Made by a program: the position numbers and the translations under genes. A stretch of DNA of 64,000 nucleotides, taken from an uncultured Veillonellaceae bacterium (GTDB taxonomy: Bacteria; Bacillota; Negativicutes; JARBTT01). The stretch covers positions 896,001 through 960,000 of the forward strand of contig CAWDTA010000002.1 of NCBI GenBank assembly GCA_963805085.1, given 5' to 3'. Shown here in pieces: positions 48,709-59,389 of this stretch (position 1 is the first letter of the stretch; the number at the start of each line of letters is the position of its first letter). The notes under the pieces were generated by a model that saw nothing but the letters and a program-made list of their open reading frames with translations, searched no databases and was not told the DNA's origin.

Positions 48709-50709
48709 GTGATACACATGATGCAACAGTCTAGTAGTGTTGAGAACAAAATGTGCAACATCGAAAGTGCTTCTTCTTTATCCTCTAAGATAAAGGAGTC
48801 TTTTTTTGTATGGTTATCCGATGGATATGCAAAAAAATATCCTCCAGCGCTCTGTTTTGCTTGTATTGATAAAGTTTCTGAGTATCTTATTCGTAGAAAG
48901 ATTTCCTCAGTTAGTTTGTGGGAAACAACAAATTTTGGGATGTTTAAAAGTGTCTACAATAAAGCGATCAACGATAATCTTTTTAAAGCGACCGATAAAA
49001 AGACGCATACTATTTTTGTGCAGGCGGGAAAGATCTTTTTAAAGTTTTTGAAAAGCAAACCTGCCATAATAAAGGCGTCTGCCTCTGTTCTTGAACCGCC
49101 GAGTCAGCCTAGTTCTCGGCTTACAATAAAAGAAGCGATCATCCGCGTATTGGAAATCGAACTACACGGCATGACTGCCAAACAGATTTATAACAAGATT
49201 ATCGTAGATGGATTGTACTCTTTTGGCGCACAGAATCCTCAGAATGTTGTACGGGTAGAAATTGACCGTGCGTGCGTAAACTCCAATTATACCGTTCGTG
49301 CTTCTGAGGATTGTTTCAGGTTTGAAAGAAACCAGAAGGGCGAAAAGGTTTATTTTTTATTACCATCAACTTTGACCGACGATACTACTCAATCCAGCAT
49401 TATTGTCGTTGATAAATCTGTTGAACCAAAACGGGCGAGCAAAAAAACTAACAATATTGAAATCTGGAATGACTCCATTAAACGGAATTTTCAAATTTGG
49501 ATGGAGTCGGAGAGTTATGCACCGCTTACCATAAGAAGCTATTGCAGTGCCGTCAATTGCACTGTTCAAAACTTCAAACTATTAGCGGATGCCGCAGCCA
49601 ATGAATCGTCAACCCTGCCAGAGTCTGTTCACAAATTTGTTTGTCTGCTTAATCAGGGCAGCAGATTTATTACTGACAACAGCATGGCGCATAACCAGTT
49701 TTCTGCCGCATTGGAAGCGTTTGTACGGTTTGTTGGCATAGACATATCAATCCCTGCGGGAACTGCTTTCTCAGCTCAAAGTATGGCAGATTCTGAACTT
49801 GACGATATCATAGACCTCGAAGAAGGAAAAAATGGAATTCGTGAAATTTTGAATGCCCATTTCTTAACACTGGATGGATACAGTAATATAGCTATCCTTT
49901 GGAGTGCGGCGCAAAATTCATTGTCGATGTTCCTTAATGATAACGCAATTAACTCCGCCGATGATTTTGGACGTTTTCTCGTTAGTGCGTTCAAAAATGA
50001 GTTTGCTTTCAGTTTACCGCACATATGGCAGAATGAACCAGACTATCCTCGGAGTTCAAGGGGATTAATTATAAACCTTGCCCGTCAACATGGTGGCGTT
50101 GTCACGAGAAAACAAATTGACGGTTTTTTCTCTCGCGTCAAACTAACGTCATTGTATAACTCGTTTGTGTTGGATAAAGGGCAGTTGCTGTTCTGCGATA
50201 ACGAAAAATTCATACTTACTGAGACTGTAAACCCCTCTTATGAACGCTGTTTACTGATTACCAAAGCGTTGAATGCGTTATTTTCCTGCGAGAATATACC
50301 TTTTATCGTTTTGCGTGATATATATTCGTCGTGGTTTTTCTGTCTTCCTGAGTTGCCTAATGGGATACAGTGGACACCATTGCTGCTGCAAGAATTGCTG
50401 CGTATCTGCCCAGAAATTGGCTATCGCATTATTTCATCAGATTTAAAGGGACAGGCTCTTGATACGGTCGGCGCAGCAATTGTACCAAGCAAATCAGAGA
50501 TAGAAAACTTTGCCGATATTGTCCACCGATTTAGTTATGGAAAATACAAGCTACCATTCAAGCTTTCTGCTGAAGAGTTGCGGCTTGACTTGCGGGAAGC
50601 GGGTATGCTCGATGGGAATGAACTTATATATAACATGCACAAAGCATTAAAAGATTACCGTTTTGCGTTTTCTGATGAGAACCGAACAGTTATGATATTG
50701 GAGCGATAG
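48709..50709 (+). CDS. Large multi-domain putative DNA-binding accessory protein of the BREX-4 locus
   Basis: HARE-HTH-like segment LTIKEAIIRVL....GMTAKQIYNKII..GLYSF..QNP; two helical F..W[LM]...Y segments; 4 nt from brxP. Confidence 0.55.
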   Translation: MIHMMQQSSSVENKMCNIESASSLSSKIKESFFVWLSDGYAKKYPPALCFACIDKVSEYLIRRKISSVSLWETTNFGMFKSVYNKAINDNLFKATDKKTHTIFVQAGKIFLKFLKSKPAIIKASASVLEPPSQPSSRLTIKEAIIRVLEIELHGMTAKQIYNKIIVDGLYSFGAQNPQNVVRVEIDRACVNSNYTVRASEDCFRFERNQKGEKVYFLLPSTLTDDTTQSSIIVVDKSVEPKRASKKTNNIEIWNDSIKRNFQIWMESESYAPLTIRSYCSAVNCTVQNFKLLADAAANESSTLPESVHKFVCLLNQGSRFITDNSMAHNQFSAALEAFVRFVGIDISIPAGTAFSAQSMADSELDDIIDLEEGKNGIREILNAHFLTLDGYSNIAILWSAAQNSLSMFLNDNAINSADDFGRFLVSAFKNEFAFSLPHIWQNEPDYPRSSRGLIINLARQHGGVVTRKQIDGFFSRVKLTSLYNSFVLDKGQLLFCDNEKFILTETVNPSYERCLLITKALNALFSCENIPFIVLRDIYSSWFFCLPELPNGIQWTPLLLQELLRICPEIGYRIISSDLKGQALDTVGAAIVPSKSEIENFADIVHRFSYGKYKLPFKLSAEELRLDLREAGMLDGNELIYNMHKALKDYRFAFSDENRTVMILER

Positions 50710-50713
50710 ACCT

Positions 50714-53041
50714 ATGTATGGATATGAATGGACAAAGAAAAACGGAATATATCGACTTGTGCCGAACGCTAAAGTTATCAAGGAAATCCGCCCGGTATTT
50801 AAGGAAGAACTTGACTACTTTGGTCTTGACGCGCAATGGAAATATCCGAATACCGAAGCCCCGCTTCTGTGGGCGGAAGGAATTCGGAGGTATAATCTTA
50901 ATGGTGAGGTTGTCGCTGAAGCCGTTGGTGGCGGTTTTTATACCAAGCCAACTATAAATGTAAAGAAAGAGGGCTTGAAATTGAAGCCCATCAACATTGA
51001 TGCTTTATGGAAAGAGAATGAACGACTTATGCTTGGCCTTGAGAAAACGGCCATCGAGTTCATCCGCAAGGTTCATGGAGATTATGTCAAGCGCGGTATG
51101 AATTTTGTTGTGGCGTTTTCCGGAGGGAAAGACAGTCTCGTGCTACTTGACCTCGTGGCAAAGGCGCTGCGTCCGGATGAGTTTGTCGTTATTTTTAGCA
51201 ATACAGGCATGGAACTGAATGCAACCATTAAAACCGTAGAGCGTGCCAAAGTCCACTGGAGTAAGTTGCATTTCTATGAAGCCGGAAGCCATATGACGCC
51301 AGATGAAACGTGGAATGCGTTCGGCCCTCCCGGACGCCGACTTCGTTGGTGCTGCTCTGTACACAAATCAGTACCCACTATTCTTAAGCTCCGAGAAATC
51401 ACCGGAGACTATGATGCCAAGGCCGTGGTGTTTGACGGCGTACGCAAAGAAGAAAGTGCCGCCCGAGCAATGTACGATGCTATTGGAGAGGGCGTTAAAA
51501 ATATAAATCAGGTTAATGCCAGCCCAATTTTAGATTGGGGAACCAATGAGGTTTATTTACATCTTTTAAAGAACAGCATATTATTCAATGATGCCTACAG
51601 GATCGGATTATTTCGAGTTGGTTGTAAAGTTTGCCCTATGTCATCTGGCTGGTGGGACGGCATAGCGAACGATGCCTACAAAGGCGAACTTGAAAGTTTG
51701 TTTCGTAAAGTTGAGGATTACGCAAAAAATACGAAGGCTAAAAAAGAACAAAAAAGATACATAGAAGACGGTGGCTGGAAAGGAAGAATGGGCGGTCGTG
51801 GCTTGGATGCAGGAGGCAACCGAGTAACTGAAGTGATCGATGGAGACAAAATAGTATTTCATTTTTCTAAGAGAACGGAGAATTGGTTAGAAGTTTGCAA
51901 GATATTGGGAAAAGTTGTTGAAAAAAATGGTGAAACGTATACGCAGATTATTAATCATCAAAGCTACCAATTTACATTGACGCCCGTTACCGTGACGTAC
52001 TACCCCTATTCAAAAATGGATAGGTTTGTGATCAGTCATCTGCGCGGTGTAGCGAATAAGGTTGCCTATTGCGTCGGGTGTAAGGCATGTGTTGTTCAAT
52101 GTCCTAATGGTGCGTTTGAGATAACCGATGAAAGTAAAATTTTAATCCGTGAAAATAGGTGTACACACTGTGTAAATTGCATTGAGTTCACTGGTACAAA
52201 GGGATGTTTAGCGGCTAAATCACTTTATACGACTGGAGGATATGGTATGAATTTAAAAGGAATGAATCGCTATCAGCATTTTGGTTTTCGCCGTCCATGG
52301 TTAGAGCATTTCTTTGAATATGGCTCAGAGTGCTTTACAATGGGGCAGCTTGGCAATCGCCAATATGACGCACTTCGTGTATGGCTTCGCGAGGCAGAAC
52401 TGCTAACACCTGCAAGTAAGGGGGAAAAATCAGGGACGCCCACCGAACTGTGTGAGCAACTTTGTTCATTGAGTGCAGGCAATCCTTTGGTGTGGGCAAT
52501 AATATGGACGAACCTTGCCTACAACTCCGTCATCACGAAATGGTATATGCTCTACGCCGAGGCTGGAGAAACCTACGACAAAGCAGAACTTGTATTCATG
52601 CTTGGAGACGACTATTCGCCGTCCACACGAGACAACGCAGTGACTGCACTTCTCGAAACGCTCCGACACAGCCCGATCGGTGCCGTGCTGAAACAAGGTA
52701 TACCCATCCCGGACGGTGTAAGTTTTAAATTTGTCAAACAAGGGTGGGACGCGCCTGAAGCGGTAGCTATACTTTATGCACTATACAAGTTTGCTGAAGA
52801 AACCGGGCGCTATACTTTCACTCTCACTGGACTTGCTAACACTCGTACAAATGCGGAGGCAAAAGGCGTTGACCCTGTATTGATATTTGGCTTGAATCCG
52901 AATAATTTCAAGGCAATCGTACAAAATGTCGCTCTTCAATATCCCGAATATATCCGAGTGGCGTTCGTACAAGACCTCGATAACATTATTCTTGTGCCTG
53001 AGAAAAAAGCTATTGATGTACTAAAACTGATTACAGAGTAA
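50714..53041 (+). CDS. brxP: BREX-4 BrxP: PAPS reductase (DndC/SspD-like) + 4Fe-4S + DUF4007 fusion
   Basis: FSGGKDS PP-loop, RWCCSVHK, DGVRKEES..R, RVGCKVCP, ferredoxin CVGCKAC...CP and CTHCVNC; C-terminal FGFRRPWL..ALRVWL..A.L DUF4007-like domain. Confidence 0.85.
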   Translation: MYGYEWTKKNGIYRLVPNAKVIKEIRPVFKEELDYFGLDAQWKYPNTEAPLLWAEGIRRYNLNGEVVAEAVGGGFYTKPTINVKKEGLKLKPINIDALWKENERLMLGLEKTAIEFIRKVHGDYVKRGMNFVVAFSGGKDSLVLLDLVAKALRPDEFVVIFSNTGMELNATIKTVERAKVHWSKLHFYEAGSHMTPDETWNAFGPPGRRLRWCCSVHKSVPTILKLREITGDYDAKAVVFDGVRKEESAARAMYDAIGEGVKNINQVNASPILDWGTNEVYLHLLKNSILFNDAYRIGLFRVGCKVCPMSSGWWDGIANDAYKGELESLFRKVEDYAKNTKAKKEQKRYIEDGGWKGRMGGRGLDAGGNRVTEVIDGDKIVFHFSKRTENWLEVCKILGKVVEKNGETYTQIINHQSYQFTLTPVTVTYYPYSKMDRFVISHLRGVANKVAYCVGCKACVVQCPNGAFEITDESKILIRENRCTHCVNCIEFTGTKGCLAAKSLYTTGGYGMNLKGMNRYQHFGFRRPWLEHFFEYGSECFTMGQLGNRQYDALRVWLREAELLTPASKGEKSGTPTELCEQLCSLSAGNPLVWAIIWTNLAYNSVITKWYMLYAEAGETYDKAELVFMLGDDYSPSTRDNAVTALLETLRHSPIGAVLKQGIPIPDGVSFKFVKQGWDAPEAVAILYALYKFAEETGRYTFTLTGLANTRTNAEAKGVDPVLIFGLNPNNFKAIVQNVALQYPEYIRVAFVQDLDNIILVPEKKAIDVLKLITE

Positions 53042-53056
53042 AGGGGGATCACAGTC

Positions 53057-56000
53057 ATGAAGTACAGCAACTATATTGAGCTTTCTGCAAATTATGAATC
53101 TGTTGTGGATCTGGATGCGGATGAGCGCCGCCCGAATCTCTGGCAGGAGTACATTGTCCAGGAGGATATGAAAAAGGCGATTGATGCGGTATGCCAAACC
53201 ATCAACTGGGAAGACAACGACAAACGCCGTTCTTTCTGGATTCATGGTGCTTATGGCACGGGTAAAAGCTATGCTGCCATTGTATTGAAGCATCTGTTTG
53301 AGGACAAGGTTACTAATATTGATGCATTTTTGAACAAGCCGTCACTTGCGGCATACAAGAAGCGGTTTCTTAAACTCCGTCAAAAAGGTGAATATCTTGT
53401 CGTATGGAAAAGTGGTGTTACGGGTATATCCGGTGACCCCGATGTAAAAAGCAGCGTTCAGCTAATGATGACGATGGAAGTCAAAATCAAAGAGAAACTG
53501 AAAGAAAAATTCGGTGACAAGGCATATTACGGTATAAATTCACTTATATCTTCTGCTAAAGACGTAATAAATGACAAGTTTATTAACTGGATTGAGATTT
53601 TTAATAGCCCGCTATACGATTTAGCTGATATTTATTCTGACTTTGAAAAATTTCGTCAGGTGGTTATGAGTGGCGACATTCAAGCCATAGATAAGGTAAG
53701 AAAAATTTGTAATGACCGTAATATCGCATTATTTTCGGATACCGTTGAAAAGTTCGAAACCTGGTTGAAAGACATAATTGCAGGCAACGGACTGAAAGAT
53801 ACCGGTATCGTCTTTATCTGGGATGAATTTACAGGCTTTCTGCGTGACTGTGGTGATGACAATGTACTTCAACGACTGTCTGAGTTTTGCAAACAACCTA
53901 ATTCACCATTTTTTATGTGTCTGATCGTCCATCGTGACCCGACATGGGTAGATCAGCTTGGTGGCGAAACGTATGAACGCATTTTACACCGTTACCATGA
54001 ATTGGAGTTCCATATTACCGAAAGCGCAGCCTATGATCTTATTGGCGATTCTATCATCCCACGTTCCGGCATGGAGTCGCAGTGGGAGGACACCAAGAAA
54101 GGATTGCTCAAATCCATCGAAAAATACAAGAGTGAGTTTGATAATCTTGACCAAAGCATTAACATCAACGAGCGTATGTCAAAGCTCTGCCCTCTACACC
54201 CCATGACACTGTCTTTACTTGCTACAGTTGCACAGCATTTTGGAGCCTCTCAGCGCACGTTATTTCGTTTTATGAAAGACAGAGCTGAATCCTCGCAGGG
54301 AGTAGGATTTATTAATTACATAGAGAATAATGATCCTGATAAATGGGGATGGCTTACAGCTGATTATCTTTGGGATTATTTCTTTACGCGCGGGAGTGAT
54401 GTGCGCAATTTTAATGCGGATGCGCGCAAAGTAATACAACACTTTCAAAATAAGCAAGACTCTATTTCCGATGAATATGCAATGCATGTTTTTAAGGCAG
54501 CCCTGCTCCTTATTGCTATGATGAGTGGTAGTAGTGTCAGTAATCTTTACAGTCGCCAAAACAATGTTGGAACCAGAATCGGCGCGACCAAAAACATTTT
54601 GTATAAGTGTTTCCGGGGGCAGCTTGAACAATCAACAATTGATACCTATTTGCAATCATTTGAGGAAATAGGTCTTCTTCGTCTTGACAAGCAAGCCAAT
54701 GGAGATGCTCGTTTGGAATTTCCTTATGTAGGCGGTGGAGATCCCTTTGATATTCGGCTTAAAACGACCAAAAAGTGTCATACACGTTACAGCCTCTTTT
54801 CAAAAAACGGTGTATTCTCCAAGGCGCTTGAAGGTAGTCTGTGGGACAGCACAAAGGCTACCTTCGGTAGAATGTTTATTGTAGTATGCTCATCAGAGAC
54901 AAATTCCATAAACACGCGCCTTGGTGAAGTGAAAAACGAACTTGCGAAGGCGCCATGGAAAATAGGACTTCTTGTTGTCAGCATATCTGACACAAGTGAT
55001 TATGTTACGTTTCAAACCAAAGTAAAGCAAATTGCCGCTGAAGACGATACGAAAAGGCTTGTTGTCGCATTAATAAAGGAACCGTGTACGAATGATTTGC
55101 TTGATCAGTGGTGTACGGCTATAACGCATAAAGAATTATCAGCTGAAGATGGGAAACCCGGCAGCGCAAGCAACTATGAAGCACAAGCGGCCGCGCATGT
55201 GGCGCAGTGGGCTACGGTGGCTTCAAACGGACAGATTTTTGCTTGCTATGGTGATATGCAATTTTCATCGCTTTATGGACAAAGCGACTTAGTCAAGCGG
55301 GTCGAAAATGATGTGCTGTTCAGTGTATTCTCCGCCGCTCCTGAGCGGATTGTTACAAGCAATACTGCATTTAAAAAGTGCAACGACAGTGCTGTTCTTG
55401 CCGGGATCAAAAAAACAGTCAGCAATAATCAGGTTAACAACATTTCTAACGCTCTCAAAGAAATAGGTGCATGGGACATCGACGATTTAGAAACGCTTAA
55501 GAATTTATCCGGTTCGAAGGCGGTCGCAGTCACTGAGGTTGCAAAATTTATCCAACGGGAGCTCTCCTATGGTGCAAAAATATCGATAGATACTTTATGG
55601 GCAAATCTGCAACAGGCACCTTTCGGATATTACAATTCTTTGGCTGTAGGTTGCTTTATCGGTCTGACTTTGCGATCATTTGTTAATGCTTCATTTAATT
55701 GGATTGACAGTAACAATAACACACATTTGCCGACTGCTGAAAACTTGGCAAGTATGGTCAACAAAATGTTGGACGGCAAAACACTGAACAACTTTCTTTC
55801 GTCCGGCTCAGCTATATGGCAAAAATTTAGACCTTATGCAAAAGCCGTGTTTGGGCTTTCGGATAGGGACAGTGTGAGTGAAACCGAAACGCGTAAATAT
55901 ATACGTGCTAAGATACAAGGAATAGGTGTACCCTTTTGGACAATGAAGTACCTACCGAGTGAAAAGTTCGGAGGCGATGATATAAAAGATACCGCAGTCA

Positions 56001-57271
56001 AACTTACAGATCTTTTCTGTGATTTTATTTACGAGACTTCATCTGATCAGGATAACGTGATGGCAGAAGTGCTGACACTCTTCAATGGACGCGGTGGTTT
56101 GCGCAAAACTATGGCGGATATGCTCAACGATAAGCCTATTATGTATGATGCGTTCAAGCGGTTCATATATACTCAAGCCCCTGAGATTGAGAAACTTTGT
56201 GAGAAGCTGAATTATACCGACAAGGATTTGTTTGATGCCTTGCGTAGATACTTGCAAGATGCGATTTCTACATGGCGCGAAGAGCAGGTATCCTCAAAGC
56301 TCGCTGAGCTGGCGGAAGAACTCGATGTGATTGTAACGTTGAGCATGGCTCTTGGCGTTGATAGAAAGACCTATGCTTCTCTTCAAAGAGAATTGAAAAA
56401 CGTTTTTGATAATATGAAGATACCTGGAACGGTGATAGAAATGCTGGCTTTTAGTTGGGTTCCAACATTGAAAATTATGCGGAGTCTTTCTAATAATCCA
56501 TGGACAGATATTGCCGACAAAATAAATGTCAAAGAAAAACTGGGGGACAGTGCAAAAACAGCTTGGGACTATTTGTCTCAACCGAAACTTATTCTTGAAG
56601 CAGTATTGCAGGAACAGAATATCAGCTTTAGTGATGCAGAGCTAAGTGAAATTTATATGTCACTAAAACCCTTCGTGTATGAAACACCAAACACTGTTTT
56701 CAAATCCACACTTGATAGGTTGCTTGAAAATATTTCTTATAATCGAAATGCCGCATTGCTCCAACAACTTTGGAATGAAAAGAGCGGTACTGTAACGGTT
56801 TGTGAATGGTGTAATAATGCAAATGTTCCAATCGCTTGGGTGGTTGATGGTTTGATTTTATCTGCCATTCAAACTATCAAAGCGATACAGGACAGAAGGA
56901 AAGTCAATAATGATATTTTGCAAAGTGCGGTGAGCGTCCTAAAGAGTAATAACCTCGCCGTCCTTAAAGACAGTAAGCATATATCCGACCGCTTTTTTGC
57001 TTACATCGGTGAAAATTATCGCGATGCCTTTCTCACAGACAGGGATGTTCTGTTAGGGAGAATTAAAACAAATGCCAAGATTTCATCTGATGTGTATACG
57101 TGGGCAAACAAAGTTCCGGAAATTCGTGACATCCTTGATATGTACCTTCAAAAGACTTATAAAGAACAAGCGAAGACTCGTGTAAAATCAATGCCAGATA
57201 CAGAACTCCGTGAAGCTGTGATTCATCTGCTTGATAAAAACCCTGAGTTATACAGTAGCTTTTTGAAGTAG
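53057..57271 (+). CDS. brxC: BREX-4 BrxC/SspC-like P-loop ATPase
   Basis: WIHGAYGTGKS Walker A, VFIWDEF Walker B, PLHP, SQRTLFRF; 1404 aa between brxP and pglZ. Confidence 0.85.
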   Translation: MKYSNYIELSANYESVVDLDADERRPNLWQEYIVQEDMKKAIDAVCQTINWEDNDKRRSFWIHGAYGTGKSYAAIVLKHLFEDKVTNIDAFLNKPSLAAYKKRFLKLRQKGEYLVVWKSGVTGISGDPDVKSSVQLMMTMEVKIKEKLKEKFGDKAYYGINSLISSAKDVINDKFINWIEIFNSPLYDLADIYSDFEKFRQVVMSGDIQAIDKVRKICNDRNIALFSDTVEKFETWLKDIIAGNGLKDTGIVFIWDEFTGFLRDCGDDNVLQRLSEFCKQPNSPFFMCLIVHRDPTWVDQLGGETYERILHRYHELEFHITESAAYDLIGDSIIPRSGMESQWEDTKKGLLKSIEKYKSEFDNLDQSININERMSKLCPLHPMTLSLLATVAQHFGASQRTLFRFMKDRAESSQGVGFINYIENNDPDKWGWLTADYLWDYFFTRGSDVRNFNADARKVIQHFQNKQDSISDEYAMHVFKAALLLIAMMSGSSVSNLYSRQNNVGTRIGATKNILYKCFRGQLEQSTIDTYLQSFEEIGLLRLDKQANGDARLEFPYVGGGDPFDIRLKTTKKCHTRYSLFSKNGVFSKALEGSLWDSTKATFGRMFIVVCSSETNSINTRLGEVKNELAKAPWKIGLLVVSISDTSDYVTFQTKVKQIAAEDDTKRLVVALIKEPCTNDLLDQWCTAITHKELSAEDGKPGSASNYEAQAAAHVAQWATVASNGQIFACYGDMQFSSLYGQSDLVKRVENDVLFSVFSAAPERIVTSNTAFKKCNDSAVLAGIKKTVSNNQVNNISNALKEIGAWDIDDLETLKNLSGSKAVAVTEVAKFIQRELSYGAKISIDTLWANLQQAPFGYYNSLAVGCFIGLTLRSFVNASFNWIDSNNNTHLPTAENLASMVNKMLDGKTLNNFLSSGSAIWQKFRPYAKAVFGLSDRDSVSETETRKYIRAKIQGIGVPFWTMKYLPSEKFGGDDIKDTAVKLTDLFCDFIYETSSDQDNVMAEVLTLFNGRGGLRKTMADMLNDKPIMYDAFKRFIYTQAPEIEKLCEKLNYTDKDLFDALRRYLQDAISTWREEQVSSKLAELAEELDVIVTLSMALGVDRKTYASLQRELKNVFDNMKIPGTVIEMLAFSWVPTLKIMRSLSNNPWTDIADKINVKEKLGDSAKTAWDYLSQPKLILEAVLQEQNISFSDAELSEIYMSLKPFVYETPNTVFKSTLDRLLENISYNRNAALLQQLWNEKSGTVTVCEWCNNANVPIAWVVDGLILSAIQTIKAIQDRRKVNNDILQSAVSVLKSNNLAVLKDSKHISDRFFAYIGENYRDAFLTDRDVLLGRIKTNAKISSDVYTWANKVPEIRDILDMYLQKTYKEQAKTRVKSMPDTELREAVIHLLDKNPELYSSFLK

Positions 57272-57283
57272 GGGGAATGCCCA

Positions 57284-59386
57284 GTGACCATACAAGAGAT
57301 TTTAGATAAAGTTGTTGCCGAGCGACAGACGCCTGGTCGTTTTCCGTCGAGGCTGATATTCGTTCGCAATTTTTCGGATTACAGTTTGCTTGTTGACGAA
57401 CTCAGTAAAATTTGTGATGTTACACTGAATCTCGCTTTATTTGCCCAGGGAGATATTTTACCGGATTTCAACGCAGTAAAGCAGGAATTGAGAAAAAATG
57501 TAAATAAACGAATTCTTCTGCTCTCGCTTAACGAATACCTGCGTTTGTGCGCAAAAAGAGAAACTGCCAAAGAAACATCTGTTTTTTCTGGAATATGGGA
57601 AAACATACAATCGGAAAGGGCAACAACAAAATACATCATACCACTTTTCGGTGGAAGAGAATTATTTGACCAAGTCGTGCCTATCGTAGATGAACGTCAA
57701 GAGGACTTTCTCTGGGATTTGACGGGTTCATCAGAGCCTTTGGAGTATACGGTAAGTGTATATTCCCCTGCGTTTACCACGGCGGTCAAGACTGATGCCA
57801 CCAATTTTCAAGAGTGGCTCGAAAATTGGGATACGCTTTTTTCTGACGACAACCGAAAACACTTCTCTTTGACATCGAAACTTATTAAATATACCAATCC
57901 GATGACGGGGCCTGTTTCGGTTAAGATTATAGATGAACCTTTTGCATATGTGACTTCACTTGTTAGCGATGGACAAAAACTGAAGCGAGAGTGGGGTGAT
58001 GAGCAATTTTGGACTGATGTTGCTAAGCATGTCAAGCAAGGAAAAAGCTTCTCAGCGACAGTGAAGGCTATTCTCAACATGGGTGCAAACTTTGATCCTT
58101 TTGCTGTCCTTGCAAGATTTGACCATTTGTCGAGTACCGAACGTAGCTTATTATGGGTATGGTATAGACTTTATCCGACTGATGATTACTATTCATTTGC
58201 TATTGGTCAAGCAATCTACCCAGACGAGATACCAACTAAGCTCCGAGATGCTATATTTGAATTACCTAAGACAGTGGATTCCACTCATGCTGAGCGCGTG
58301 AAGGCATTAAAGGTTCTCAATGTTCAATACGGACATGAATACTTTTCCAAACTAGACAAAGTCCTACCTGCTCAAACGCGGATGTCATACTTGACTTATA
58401 AGACATTGCAAGAACGCGCTTATGCAGTAAAAACGGTGAGTGGTCTTTTGAGGAATGGTGCAGATGTTCATGCAATCGCCGAACAATTAGGTAGTGACTA
58501 TCCGAGTTTAGCGGAATATTTATTGCCTTCGGATGTGAGAGATGACGAAGTTGCACGTTATTTTAACTGGTATCGTCAAAGTAAAATTCTGAACCGATTG
58601 CCGGAGGACTGGCCAAATCACATAGACTTCGACAGTCTAGATAGTCGTAATAAAATTCTACAACAAAGCGGCGATACGCTGACTTTTTGGGTGGATGGCT
58701 TGGGTGCCGAATGGCTTCCGCTGTTAGTCAAGAATTTGAAGCAGCTTAATATTGCGGAAACGATTAATTCGAATATCGGTCGCGCAATTCTCCCGAGTGA
58801 AACGGAGTACAACCACAAATGGAAAGACAACGATGAAAAATGGGACAGATTTGATAAGCTCTCTCATAACGGCATGCCCGATGATAAGGATTACTTTTTG
58901 TGTGTTGCACGCCAAATAGAGATCATTGGAGAAGTGGTTGAGCGGGTATCTGAGTTACTGACTCAGCACGATAGTATCATAATAACAGGCGACCATGGTA
59001 GCAGCCGACTTGCTGCCTTGATGTTCCATGCTTCTGATAACTTTGCAATTGATCCTCCGAAGAATTCAATTGTCCGTTCTTTCGGCAGATTTTGTGAATT
59101 AAACGGAAGTGCAGATGTAATCATTACCCCTTCTATGGAGAAGATAGTTCTGGAAGGTCAAAAATATATCGTGATGAAAACGTACGAGCATTTCAGACAG
59201 TCCGGCAATGCTGCAGGTGGTAACACAGAGGATAAGGCGGTAGCGGGCGAAGTCCACGGCGGTATGACACCGGAAGAATATCTTGTGCCTGTTATTATGG
59301 TCACGCGTAAAATTTCATTTAAGAAGTCGATTCAAGTCAAAGTGCAAAAGTCAAAAGCCGCAGAGCTTAACGATATGGGGATATAA
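57284..59386 (+). CDS. pglZ: BREX-4 PglZ (alkaline phosphatase fold)
   Basis: WVDGLGAEW, LPSETEYN, FDKLSH, ITGDHGSSR, VHGGMTPEEYLVP. Confidence 0.92.
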   Translation: MTIQEILDKVVAERQTPGRFPSRLIFVRNFSDYSLLVDELSKICDVTLNLALFAQGDILPDFNAVKQELRKNVNKRILLLSLNEYLRLCAKRETAKETSVFSGIWENIQSERATTKYIIPLFGGRELFDQVVPIVDERQEDFLWDLTGSSEPLEYTVSVYSPAFTTAVKTDATNFQEWLENWDTLFSDDNRKHFSLTSKLIKYTNPMTGPVSVKIIDEPFAYVTSLVSDGQKLKREWGDEQFWTDVAKHVKQGKSFSATVKAILNMGANFDPFAVLARFDHLSSTERSLLWVWYRLYPTDDYYSFAIGQAIYPDEIPTKLRDAIFELPKTVDSTHAERVKALKVLNVQYGHEYFSKLDKVLPAQTRMSYLTYKTLQERAYAVKTVSGLLRNGADVHAIAEQLGSDYPSLAEYLLPSDVRDDEVARYFNWYRQSKILNRLPEDWPNHIDFDSLDSRNKILQQSGDTLTFWVDGLGAEWLPLLVKNLKQLNIAETINSNIGRAILPSETEYNHKWKDNDEKWDRFDKLSHNGMPDDKDYFLCVARQIEIIGEVVERVSELLTQHDSIIITGDHGSSRLAALMFHASDNFAIDPPKNSIVRSFGRFCELNGSADVIITPSMEKIVLEGQKYIVMKTYEHFRQSGNAAGGNTEDKAVAGEVHGGMTPEEYLVPVIMVTRKISFKKSIQVKVQKSKAAELNDMGI

Positions 59387-59389
59387 CTA

